Both the position numbers and the translations under genes were made by a program. Below are positions 16,782-26,458 of a stretch of DNA of 32,000 bases, piece by piece. Positions within the stretch are counted from its first letter, which is position 1. Each line of letters opens with the position of its first letter. The notes under the pieces were generated by a model. That model saw nothing but the letters and a program-made list of their open reading frames with translations, made no database searches and was not told where the DNA came from. Origin of the DNA: Opitutales bacterium (lineage in GTDB: Bacteria; Verrucomicrobiota; Verrucomicrobiia; Opitutales; PNEW01); assembly GCA_965219535.1 (NCBI GenBank), contig CBDCNV010000002.1:360001-392000 (forward strand), read 5' to 3'.

Positions 16782-17783
16782 ATGGTAGCAGCTAAAAAAA
16801 AGATTCTCGTCGTTGGCACGGGGATGATAGGTGAACGTCATACGCGTTGTTTCCTTGCGACAAATCGCGCTGAAGTGTCAATTTGTGAAACCAACGACAG
16901 TCTGCGTAAAAAAATAGCAGATAATTATAAAATAAAAAATAGCTATGCCGATTTTAAGTTGGCCCTAGAATCAGGACATGACGCTATTGTGATCGCAACA
17001 CCTGCGCACCTACATATTCCCATGGCGCAACAAGCAGCAGAGTCTGGGCACCATCTATTGATCGAAAAACCATAATCGATCAGTTTAGATGGGATTGATC
17101 ATCTCGATAAAACTATCAGGGAGCGGAAGCTCATTGCTGGAGTCGCTTATGTCTTACGCCATGTCATTGAACTTTCAGAAATGAAGAAAGCCCTCGATAG
17201 TGGACGCTTTGGGCGACCCCTGCATATTACTGTCATCAGGGGCCAACACTTCCCCACCTCCCGACCCGATTACAGAGAAATTTATTACGCCAGTCATGCC
17301 ATGGGGGGAGGTGCGGTTCAGGATGGGCTGACCCATCTTATCAATTTCGTATGTTGGCTCGCTGGACCAGTCGAACGCCTGGTTGCCGACTGTGCGCACC
17401 AGGTCTTGGAAGGAGTTGAAGTCGAAGACACAGTCAACGTCTTAACCCGACATGGCGACATACTCGCCTCGATCAGTATGAATCAATATCAAGCCCCTGA
17501 TGAAGGAGTGATCACCGTGGTCTGTGAACGCGGCACTCTGCAATCTGAAATTCATAGTAATCGCATGCGCTGGATGATGGAACCTGAAACTGAGTGGCAG
17601 GAAAAGTCCTGGCCGGATTATGAGCGCGAACTTGCGTTTATATCTCAGGCGAACATTTTTTTTGACGCCATCGACGGCAAGAGTGAAATGCCCTGTAACC
17701 TATCCGAAGCGCGCCATACCCTGGAGTGTAATCTTGCTATCCTGGAGGCAGCTTGCAATCCTTCTAATTGGAAAATATTATGA
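16782..17783 (+). pseudogene. Gfo/Idh/MocA-family NAD(P)-dependent oxidoreductase with an in-frame TAA at 17073-17075
   Basis: Rossmann motif KILVVGTGMIGERH and the EKP motif (LLIEKP*SISLDG). ORF-track pieces 16782..17075 and 17181..17783 share one frame, and the sequence between them reads through sensibly. Confidence 0.8.
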
Positions 17784-17809
17784 CCCCTTTCTTAATTATT
17801 ACATTCTAG

Positions 17810-18516
17810 GTGCGGAGAATGATCGACACACTGTCAGAAAATCAATGGCGGGAATATAAATCACAGGGCTATTCGCGCCTTGGGAAAGTGCTGACGGATG
17901 AGGAGTTGGCCACACTGCAAGAGCGGATAGACGAGATTATGATGGGCCGTGCGCCGCTGGACTACGACCGGATGCTTATGCAGCTGGATCAGCCGGAAAC
18001 CGGTAAACTGGGCCCGCAGACAAAGGGACACAAGGGAGCAACCTTGGGTTATCGTAAGATACAGGATCTCGAAATCGATCCGCACTTTCTGGCCTACATG
18101 CAAAAACCGCTCTTCAGCCAAATCTGCGCGCGCGTCTATGGTGAGGATATGGACATTGCCTGCTTTAGGGCGATGTTCATGAACAAACCGGCAAAAGAGG
18201 GGACTCACCTGCAATGGCACCAGGATCGCTGGAGTTACTTGGATCGGGATCCTCTAGTCACAATCTGGACCGCCATTTGTCAGGGGAGCAGTTACAGGAT
18301 TTTCTGCAAAACTTTGAAGTCACCCCCTTGGAATTGGAGGCTGGCGAATGCGTCCTGCTCCATAATCATCTGCCCCATTCCTCTGGCATCAATACGACCG
18401 AGACACCCAGGCGAGCCTTCAGTGCCTGTTACATGGAAGCTGCCACCCGGACAACAAAGGATGAGACTCACACCGTCTTATTCGGCGAAGGCGCCTTAAG
18501 AATAGAAAACAGTTAA
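17810..18516 (+). pseudogene. PhyH-family oxygenase (P2) with an internal deletion and frameshift near 18268-18275
   Basis: The N-terminal frame gives ...WHQDRWSYLDRDPLVTIWTAI. The expected DDAT.ENGC...PGSH block is missing. The C-terminal frame resumes LSGEQLQDF...LELEAGECVLLHNHLPHSSGIN...RRAFSACY. Confidence 0.75.
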
Positions 18517-18525
18517 GTGCAGGGG

Positions 18526-19320
18526 CTATAAATTCGCACCCAGCTCGACAAGATTTTTTACCATTCCGCGAATACGCGGGCGTTCACTATTGAGAAAATT
18601 CTGATGGGGGCGAAAAATATTACTTCTGGCGTAGAATTTTGATGCGGTATTGTTTAGGGCATTAAGGTCACGATCAGTTGTTGGTTTTGCCGCAAACTTA
18701 AAAGCGAGGATGCGTCGCCCGTCCCAGCCGCCGACAACGGTGTGAAAAAGGCTGTGATTAAATAAAACGACGTCACCCGGTTCTGATTCTAAAGGAAAAC
18801 AGGGAAGATCTTCTCCCGGGGCGCCAAAGGGCAGCGATGCAGGATCATTTTCCTGTGCTCCCACTTCCAAATGGAATGGCATCTGATGTGAACCGGGTAT
18901 AACCCGTAGACAGCCGGTGTCCTTAGTAACCTTATCGAGATAGAGCATAATTTTCAGACGGCGATAGGTGACATCTTCTTCTTCCTCTTTTCGCCAACAT
19001 TTACGGTCCGAATGCCATCTATGGATAGCCCTATTGGTGACATTCCCCTCGGACCCGACCCAGATAAAATCAGGACCTAACAACTGTTCGACGGGTTTAA
19101 AGATTCGGTCGTCATCGATCAGTTCGGTCAAAACTGGACTCGTCTCCGCGAAAAAATTCATATGTATTCCCTCCTCATCGACCTCTTCACGTTGACGAAA
19201 GTCTTTCCACATTTTCTCAGCTTCGCGCGTGATCTTTTCCATCTCCTGCGAGGAGAGAGTCTGGCGCAATAAAAGAAAACCAAAGGTTTCAAAGTGTGCG
19301 ATCTGTTCTGGAGTCAACAT
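18526..19320 (-). CDS. PhyH-family 2OG/Fe(II) oxygenase (P3)
   Basis: MLTPEQIAHFETFGFLLL start. HxD as WHSD. MLYLDKVTKDTGCLRVIPGSH. Distal His in SLFHTV. Confidence 0.8.
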   Translation of the reverse strand: MLTPEQIAHFETFGFLLLRQTLSSQEMEKITREAEKMWKDFRQREEVDEEGIHMNFFAETSPVLTELIDDDRIFKPVEQLLGPDFIWVGSEGNVTNRAIHRWHSDRKCWRKEEEEDVTYRRLKIMLYLDKVTKDTGCLRVIPGSHQMPFHLEVGAQENDPASLPFGAPGEDLPCFPLESEPGDVVLFNHSLFHTVVGGWDGRRILAFKFAAKPTTDRDLNALNNTASKFYARSNIFRPHQNFLNSERPRIRGMVKNLVELGANL

Positions 19321-19437
19321 GTTGTTTCTCTTTCAGGTCATGATGATAAATGAAATATATAAGGTAATCAATAGTTATCTCGTCGATAGTGCCTTTGACT
19401 TTATCTCCCTGTTCAGAGTTCATCAATGGCGGATATT

Positions 19438-19481
19438 GGATTGCCGCGTCTCCCGCAGGTTGCGGGTTCCTCGCAATGACA
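19438..19481 (-). repeat. copy gamma of a short 'TGTCATTGCGAGG...CAATCC' repeat family
   Basis: The minus strand reads TGTCATTGCGAGGAACCCGCAACCTGCGGGAGACGCGGCAATCC. It contains the palindrome CCCGCA..TGCGGG. Confidence 0.55.
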
Positions 19482-19654
19482 ATGTACGGTATACTCGGCC
19501 ACGACGACGCGTGGCCCTCCAATTTGGACTCTGGATCCGGCATCAAATACCCAATCCATAAATGTAATTATCCGCATACACTCATCTTCGCGTATACGCA
19601 TTTTCCTTTTTATGATTGCGATGAAGTACCTGCATCGGAATATATAGCAGAAAA

Positions 19655-20452
19655 ATGGGAGGAGATATTAACAACCTCACGCAAGATGAAATAGACCAAT
19701 TCAATGAGGAGGGCTATCTGGTATTCGAAGGTCTGTTTGACGACGACCACAATCAGCGGATCAAAAACGATGTGGCTCAACTCATGGAAGAGCGAAAGCA
19801 TTCAGATGAAGAGCATATTATCATGCGCTACCGTGAATTGGGCCTTTTAACTTCAGAGCCCTCCATCGTGGACCGGGTCGCTGACCTCATGGGCGGCGAC
19901 AAGTTTGTTCACCACCATATTCATGCCACCTGGCACGTAGCAGGTGATAAAGGTGTTCCCTGGCATCACGATTACGAACAAGTGCCTCAAACCAATCATT
20001 CGCACCTCATGGTTCACGCCTTTATATATCTCGATGGATTAAATGGTGAAATCGGCGATCTACTCGTGCTGCCTGGAACACATAAAAAAATTATGAACCG
20101 AGATGCTTACAGGTCATTTAAAAATGCTGACCTGCCCGGATCGCGCACCATCGACGACCTTGCCCCTGCATCCGTCGTCATTGTCCACTCCGCGATGCAA
20201 CATGCGCGCCGCCCCAAACCCGGGGGCGAAAATTATAAACGCTACTTTATCGACACCTCTTATTGCCAATATGGTATTATTTGGCCGGCCCCACCTCGCA
20301 ATCAGAAATACAACAACATAGCTCTGGAGCTCGGCTGGGATCGCGAGGGCAAATATAAATATCTATATGAAGCGGGGCATTTTTTTGATGCGCCCGATGC
20401 ATACGCTGGGTTCGATGAAAAAAATCAGGGCAGTCTGGCGATGAAACTGTAA
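19655..20452 (+). CDS. PhyH-family 2OG/Fe(II) oxygenase (P4)
   Basis: LTQDEIDQFNEEGYLVFEGLF start. HxD as WHHDY. FIYLDGLNGEIGDLLVLPGTH. Distal His in SAMQHARRP. Confidence 0.8.
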   Translation: MGGDINNLTQDEIDQFNEEGYLVFEGLFDDDHNQRIKNDVAQLMEERKHSDEEHIIMRYRELGLLTSEPSIVDRVADLMGGDKFVHHHIHATWHVAGDKGVPWHHDYEQVPQTNHSHLMVHAFIYLDGLNGEIGDLLVLPGTHKKIMNRDAYRSFKNADLPGSRTIDDLAPASVVIVHSAMQHARRPKPGGENYKRYFIDTSYCQYGIIWPAPPRNQKYNNIALELGWDREGKYKYLYEAGHFFDAPDAYAGFDEKNQGSLAMKL

Positions 20453-20570
20453 GGGTATTCTATAACTGATCGTTTTAATGGATGTTTTCATCTCCACGAT
20501 CTTTCGAGTGCAGAACAAGGAAATTCCCTTGAACGAAAAAGCCATTTAGAATATTTTTTAAGTTCAAATC

Positions 20571-20903
20571 ATGATTCAATCTATTGAAATCACCCTTGAA
20601 GAGACGTATGATCGAGATCCGAGTGTGCGAAAGCGGGCCACGCGTGAGTTATGCCCTTGTGAAGTCAAACACGATGTCCCGTTGGTTTGGAGTCGGCTAT
20701 TCGAACTGACTAAAGACCCCGATATCAACGTCCGACGGATAGCATTGCACACTTTGATCGATGGCTCACCCCATCATTATGAGACAGAGGTAATTTCCGC
20801 GCTCGAAGGTATGCGCAATGATCCCGACTTGAAGCTCAGACGATGGGTGCGAAAACAATTAGCGCGATACAGTTCAACGGGAATGATTAACTTAAATGAA
20901 TAG
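20571..20903 (+). CDS. small HEAT-repeat protein
   Basis: Three DP..VR-type units: DPSVRKRATREL, DPDINVRRIALHTL, DPDLKLRRWVRKQL. Confidence 0.55.
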   Translation: MIQSIEITLEETYDRDPSVRKRATRELCPCEVKHDVPLVWSRLFELTKDPDINVRRIALHTLIDGSPHHYETEVISALEGMRNDPDLKLRRWVRKQLARYSSTGMINLNE

Positions 20904-20967
20904 TACTTATTGGCGATAAGGTCTCTCAGTTTTATAACGAAGATCGAAGGTGCGCTTAAAGTGTAAT

Positions 20968-22133
20968 TTACACTTTGTATGTACTCGAAACAATACTGGT
21001 TCGGTCATTGGCGTCTTCATCCCAGTATACAGTCACCAACTTGTCATCTTCCAGCAACATGGACACCGGGTAACCGATCCCTCCTGATACAAGGTCATCG
21101 CGAATGATGACTTCATCATCGTAGTCCCAGCTCCCACCCTCATCATGGCTGAGGCAAGCGCGGATACCATAGGCTTCTCGGCGATGTCCGTAGACCGAGA
21201 GCACACGGTCATCACTGAACTGAACGATATGAGCCGGGTAGCCCCACATCGGGGTCATTTCGGGTTCCGACCAGCTCTCACCCGCATCGTCGGAGAATAC
21301 TTGCCAAAGCTGACCCGTCTGTCGGCAGTTTCTCATGTGGCAGAGCAGCCGCCCAGACCGCAGTTTAACCATTGCCGGTTCGACAAAATAGTAATCCGGA
21401 TGCGCGGCGATCTCGCGGGTCTCGGCCCAGGTGTGACCGCCGTCACGGGATATGCAGATGAACACGTGACTGGGTTCTTTCACGATCTCACCGTCTATGA
21501 GCCGGTTTCCCTGCCCGTTCCTGACTTCGAAAGGAGGTTCATCCCATTGCTGGGGAGAGAACATTGGATCGGCTGCACCCGCGGTAAATATAAGAGTGTC
21601 GGCATCTAATTCAATGACGTTCAATCGGCTGTAAGCGCTGATGAAGGGTGAAGAGTCGATCTTAACCGATTCTTCCCAAGTTTCACCGTGGTCGCGGGAG
21701 CGATGGACATAGGTCCCGCCATGGGTCACGACCCAGGGATACGGCGGTCGGTGGTACCACCCGTAGCGGTGGCTCTGGTTTTTTATTCCCTCCTCGATTG
21801 GGAAAAACTCCCGTTGGTAGAAGGTCGCCAGGATTTCGCCATTGTCCAAAACGCAGAGAGCCACGTGCTCGGTCCCGGTCCACCCGAACCGGGCACTACA
21901 CGTGGGGCCTCCCACGTCTTTCCTTTGTCCCGAGAGCGAATCATGTAATTGCAGAACTCCGGATTGTCGGGCGGATGGAGATATCTGCGGGGTGAATGGG
22001 GCCCGATCTCGAGCTCCATGCTCATGTTCCAGGTTACAAGCCAGTCACCGTTAGCTGCGCAGGTAATAAACGGACCGCAAGCATAACGGAATTTATCTTT
22101 GAACAGGGTTTTGTCGATGCGCTCGGGTCTCAT
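20968..22133 (-). pseudogene. BNR/Asp-box repeat sialidase-like glycoside hydrolase, frameshifted near 21880-21915
   Basis: Asp-boxes SRDKGKTW, SRDHGETW, SRDGGHTW, SDDAGESW, SHDEGGSW. The N-terminal ORF (21783..22133) and the C-terminal ORF (20968..21915) overlap in different frames at ...KTWEAPRVVPG / FGWTGTEHVAL. Confidence 0.75.
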
Positions 22134-22317
22134 CTTGCTCTCCTCATTTCTTCAGTAAATAGAAGAGTCGATTGAAGGATCAACAAGAATCAATCGGAAT
22201 TATTCATCTGAATCTGTCTTGACCGTTAAACAGCGAATGGCAATCTTACCTGAAACTTTAATAGAGCTCTGCAATGACTCTGTGAAAGCGGACAACCCAT
22301 TAGGAGGATAAAAATAG

Positions 22318-23091
22318 ATGAAACTTGAAGGAAAGATCGCGTTAGTAACAGGTGGATCTCACGGGATAGGCCGGGGAATTTCTTTAGCTCTGGCGAGTGA
22401 AGGAGCAAAGGTTGTCGTGAACTACTCGACGGACAGTGAAGCTGCCGAGTGGACGGAGAATAAAATCAAAGAGATGGGCGGAGAAGCCGCGGTCGTCAAA
22501 GCGGACGTGGGAGAAATTGATCAATGCAAGGAACTTGTAAGCAAGTCGAATGAAGCCTTTGGACATATCGATTTACTCGTCAGCAATGCGGGTATTGGTC
22601 AGCAGAGCAAGATCGTCGATACGCCGGATGAAGAATGGGATCGCGTGATGAACGTGAATCTACGCGCCACTTTTGCCCTCGCGAGGGAACTCATGCCGGG
22701 AATGATTGAAAGAGAATACGGCCGCATTGTTACGATCTCGTCCAATTGCGCGCTGACAGGAATAGCCCAGGGGTCCTTTGTCACCTATGCGACGTCTAAG
22801 GGCGCTTTGAACACGTTGACAAAAGGGATAGCGCACGAAGGAGCGCCTTTCATCACATGCAATGCAATATGCCCCGGTGGTACGAACCGGAAGATCGCGG
22901 AGGAGCGGGGTGAAGAATGGCCGCCCCCCCCGGCTTTTGATGAAAAAAGGTTTCTCGGAATGCGCGTACCACTCAATAGAACAGGCACCCCGGAAGATAT
23001 TGCAGAGACAGTATTGTTTCTCGTCTCGGATTCAGGCTGTTTCCTTACGGGTCAAATAATTCATGTCAGCGGCGGGGTCATGATGCCTTAA
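22318..23091 (+). CDS. SDR-family oxidoreductase (FabG-like 3-oxoacyl reductase type)
   Basis: TGGSHGIGRGI cofactor motif, NAG motif (VSNAGI), catalytic YATSKGAL. AGGAGG lies upstream of the ATG. Confidence 0.9.
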   Translation: MKLEGKIALVTGGSHGIGRGISLALASEGAKVVVNYSTDSEAAEWTENKIKEMGGEAAVVKADVGEIDQCKELVSKSNEAFGHIDLLVSNAGIGQQSKIVDTPDEEWDRVMNVNLRATFALARELMPGMIEREYGRIVTISSNCALTGIAQGSFVTYATSKGALNTLTKGIAHEGAPFITCNAICPGGTNRKIAEERGEEWPPPPAFDEKRFLGMRVPLNRTGTPEDIAETVLFLVSDSGCFLTGQIIHVSGGVMMP

Positions 23092-23152
23092 AGTTTACGT
23101 CCTTAAAAATTTGTTAAAGGCTAGGCGCTGAAAGCGGTGGGGAATTGCCCGA

Positions 23153-23944
23153 TCAGTTGCCCGTATAAAGCAGTGGCAGGTGCTCGTCATTGTCGAGCAA
23201 GTCGCCAAATTTTAAACTCTCGGCATACTCCGGGGGCAGGGCAGCGGCGCGGCCGTTGTATGTCGACCCTATGGGCATGAAGAGCATGGCAAAGGCCCGT
23301 CGTGGTCTCGGACTCATGTTTGGACCTGCGGCATGTGCGATCATACCGCTGAAAAAAATACCGTCGCCTGCTTTCACTTCAATAAACCTAGGTTCAGCTT
23401 CCCTCCACTCGGGGTAGAGATTAAACAGATCGTTCATGTTTTCACTAAGTCCCACATGTTTCTCAAAATTGCTCAACTTATGTGTTCCCGGTAGAAAACA
23501 GAGGCAGCCATTTTGGAGCGTTGCATCGTCGAGCGCTATCCAAAGTGTAATCATTTGATGCGAATAGAAAGGGTCGTAGGGATTATCCGAATGGAAGTGA
23601 GTCGGATTAGCCCAGGGTTGTTTTACCAGGGCGTGATCATGGTAGAGGCGCATGCCTTCGGTACCGGCCAGCTCGGCGGCCATCTTACCCAGTTGTGGAT
23701 CGAGGACCAGATTCTTGATCGCCTCGGAACTTTTCCACATGTTTACGCATTGGGTAAAAACATTCTTGTAGTAACTTTCTTCCTTTTGATTGTGGTGCAT
23801 CTCCTTACTAATGTGCTGGTCGATGCCCGCATCAACCGCGGAGCGCCAACACTCCAATTCAACCTCGGAGAGTAAATTATCTACAGCCACATAGCCTAGA
23901 TCATTATAGGTCTCAATCTGTGCCTTGGAAATTTCGTCGTTCAT
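23153..23944 (-). CDS. PhyH-family 2OG/Fe(II) oxygenase (P5)
   Basis: HxD as HFHSDN. LWIALDDATLQNGCLCFLPGTHK. Distal His in MIAHAAGPN...RRAF. Confidence 0.85.
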   Translation of the reverse strand: MNDEISKAQIETYNDLGYVAVDNLLSEVELECWRSAVDAGIDQHISKEMHHNQKEESYYKNVFTQCVNMWKSSEAIKNLVLDPQLGKMAAELAGTEGMRLYHDHALVKQPWANPTHFHSDNPYDPFYSHQMITLWIALDDATLQNGCLCFLPGTHKLSNFEKHVGLSENMNDLFNLYPEWREAEPRFIEVKAGDGIFFSGMIAHAAGPNMSPRPRRAFAMLFMPIGSTYNGRAAALPPEYAESLKFGDLLDNDEHLPLLYTGN

Positions 23945-24164
23945 AGCTTACTGGTTTACCCTTTATGGGATTAAATTCAAGAATTGGTTTCCGTGAAAAT
24001 AGAGATGATCAAAAATAGAAATCGGTTAATTGTACTCTACTTAAGCAAAGGGGGAGCTCATTCAATGAGACGACAGATTCTCTTGTCTCTATTGTTTTAA
24101 AGAATAGATTACCTAATCAGTCGATGGGAAATGCGGAGAACAATAAATTATACCCAAAGAGAAT

Positions 24165-24857
24165 ATGAATCTTATGATGTTTGACGTGGACGGGACTCTT
24201 GTTCGCTCAAATGAATATGACGCCGAGTGCTATGTAAATGCAGTATCGACAACTCTGGGAATTTCAGTCGTCGACACCGTCTGGGAGAACTATGAACACG
24301 TATCGGACTCAGGTGTATTAGATGAGCTGGTTAGACGCAATTATGACCGACCTCCCACGGAAAAAGAACTCAACCAAGTCAAAGCGAGTTTTCTTATGGA
24401 ACTAGACCTTGCTTTTGACCGGAAGCCTCATCTTGTTCGACCTATAGATGGAGCCATATCATTTCTTGCAAGGGTTAGGAGTAAGCCGGACCTGGTTGTA
24501 TCAATAGCGACGGGAGGATGGGAAAAGTCTTGTCGAAAAAAACTAATGCACTCGGGTGTTTCCGTTGATGGAATACCTTTAGCATCCGCTGATGATGCTT
24601 TGTCGAGAGTCGACATCATGAAGGCCTCACAGTGTAAGGCGGGGAATGTATATGAGCAATCCACTTTCAAATCAGTTACCTATGTGGGGGATGCCTCTTG
24701 GGATCTGAAAGCATCCATGGAACTCGGATGGCATTTCATTGCAGTCGGAGAACCTATCCTGTCATACGTCAACGATCGGCCCCAGTTCTGGGTTAAGGAT
24801 TTTACTGATGATCAAGTAATGAGCGATATCCTGGAAAAAATATGTGGAATGGCATAG
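24165..24857 (+). CDS. HAD-superfamily hydrolase
   Basis: Motif I MMFDVDGTLV. Later SIATGG and YVGDASWD (motifs II-IV pattern). Confidence 0.8.
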   Translation: MNLMMFDVDGTLVRSNEYDAECYVNAVSTTLGISVVDTVWENYEHVSDSGVLDELVRRNYDRPPTEKELNQVKASFLMELDLAFDRKPHLVRPIDGAISFLARVRSKPDLVVSIATGGWEKSCRKKLMHSGVSVDGIPLASADDALSRVDIMKASQCKAGNVYEQSTFKSVTYVGDASWDLKASMELGWHFIAVGEPILSYVNDRPQFWVKDFTDDQVMSDILEKICGMA

Positions 24858-24913
24858 CGAATTCTTGTGTTCCTGGAATTTAAAGTATAGATCCATTCAA
24901 TCAGGATTATGCT

Positions 24914-25105
24914 ATGACTAAAGGTATAAAAGAAAAAGATACGAAACAACGAACTCGATATCGTGCATCGAGAAAGCATCAAGGCAATGCACATTGGCAT
25001 GTTGAGCGCAGATCCACAGTGGTAATATGCGGAGAGTGCAAAGCACGTATTCCAAGAAATGCGAAGCCGTCATTTTGTCCGGTATGTGGAGCTGGAAAGC
25101 GCTGA
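24914..25105 (+). CDS. small basic zinc-ribbon protein (hypothetical)
   Basis: 63 aa. A lysine/arginine-rich N-terminus is followed by CGEC...(13 aa)...CPVC. Confidence 0.4.
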   Translation: MTKGIKEKDTKQRTRYRASRKHQGNAHWHVERRSTVVICGECKARIPRNAKPSFCPVCGAGKR

Positions 25106-25168
25106 AAAACCGAATTAGAGTATCAACGGAATAATAGCGCCTGGCAGTTGGTAAGATAACAGATCCCT

Positions 25169-26002
25169 ATGAATAAAACGGAAGCATATGAATTTGACCG
25201 AACTGGTTACCTCGTCATTCCCGGTTTGTTGTCAGCAGAAGCGGTAACACAATTGGCTGACGCTGTTGATCGCTTGGAAAAACATGCCATGGAGCACAAG
25301 GACAAGCCACCACGTCTAACGGCTCCATGGGGCTCGGAATACCATCTCAATGAGTCTTGTGGTTATCATGTCCATGCGTCTGAAAAGTCAGATGGGGGCT
25401 CTATGTTGATCGAAGACTTCTTTAACTTTGACCCTGCATTCGATCAATTGGTCAACGAGCCGAAGACGATGACCTATATCAACGCGATAGTGCAAGAAAG
25501 GCCTTCGATTAATAATTCTGAGTTGCGCATTCGCTATACGGGTAATTACTCGGGAACTCATATGGGTGGACCCCTACCGAATAAATATCGTTATGCCTAT
25601 AATGGGTCTGGCATCGATTGCATGATGGTGCGCATGGTTTACTTTGTCCACGATGTCACCGTGGAAGAAGGTGCATTTTGCGTGGTACCGGGAACACATA
25701 AATCCCACCTCTCATCACCGTACGAAAACAGGCTCCCAGAAGAAGAACCGGGAATGATCCCTCTTCCTGTTAAGGCGGGTGATGGAATTCTCTTTACCGA
25801 AAATTTACGCCATGCAGGTTTCATTAACCACAGTGAACAAACACGTAAAACCCTGCACGTCGGTTACGGGCCCTTTTGGCTGAAATCACAGAATATCGCG
25901 ACGATGGAGCAAGACCCGTACATTTTGCAGCAAACAAAAGACCGTTACGATGAGGCTCAACGGGATTTATTTTATACAAGGCCAAAATCCAATAGGCGAT
26001 GA
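25169..26002 (+). CDS. PhyH-like oxygenase (P6) with HxG (THMGG) where HxD is expected
   Basis: YEFDRTGYLVIPGLLS start. SGTHMGGP (His codon at 25559-25561). MVYFVHDVTVEEGAFCVVPGTHKSH. Distal His in ENLRHAG. Confidence 0.75.
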   Translation: MNKTEAYEFDRTGYLVIPGLLSAEAVTQLADAVDRLEKHAMEHKDKPPRLTAPWGSEYHLNESCGYHVHASEKSDGGSMLIEDFFNFDPAFDQLVNEPKTMTYINAIVQERPSINNSELRIRYTGNYSGTHMGGPLPNKYRYAYNGSGIDCMMVRMVYFVHDVTVEEGAFCVVPGTHKSHLSSPYENRLPEEEPGMIPLPVKAGDGILFTENLRHAGFINHSEQTRKTLHVGYGPFWLKSQNIATMEQDPYILQQTKDRYDEAQRDLFYTRPKSNRR

Positions 26003-26064
26003 AGCCATAATTTCACTTATGTGTAATCACTATCTGCAAAAGTTTGATCGCAAAGCATAGACTC

Positions 26065-26430
26065 ATGATCACACGCACCCACTACGTAATTGCTGTTCCC
26101 GATCTCAAGACCTCGTCTGCGTTTTACCGGGATGTACTTGGATTTTCGATTCAAACTATTTCCGATCCGGGCTGGTTGATCTACACGCTAGGCGAATGTA
26201 AAGTGATGGCAGGACAGTGTCCCGATGCGATTCATCCCACCCAGTTAGGTGATCATTCCTATTTCGCGTATATGGAAGTGGATGAGATTGATTCCTATTA
26301 CGCATCAGTTAAAGCGAAGGGTGCAGAGATCCGTAAGGAATTGCGTGATGAGCCTTGGGGAATGAAAGAATTTGCGGTTCAAACGTCAGATGGCCATCGC
26401 ATCATGTTCGCGGCACCAATAAAAAAATAG
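26065..26430 (+). CDS. VOC/glyoxalase-bleomycin-resistance family protein
   Basis: MITRTHYVIAVPDLKTSSAFYRDVLGF... and C-terminal EPWGMKEFAVQTSDGHRIMF. The ATG at 26065 is preferred over the TTG at 26044. Confidence 0.7.
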   Translation: MITRTHYVIAVPDLKTSSAFYRDVLGFSIQTISDPGWLIYTLGECKVMAGQCPDAIHPTQLGDHSYFAYMEVDEIDSYYASVKAKGAEIRKELRDEPWGMKEFAVQTSDGHRIMFAAPIKK

Positions 26431-26458
26431 GAATATCCGGGGTTTTAAAATAGTTACC

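Noticed and set aside
16422-17798. 15-nt repeat ATGACCCCTTTCTTA at 16422 and 17779
   Set aside because: One exact 15-mer repeat is about what chance predicts for all pairwise comparisons in 32 kb on both strands. The first copy is part of a terminator hairpin, while the second has no partner stem.
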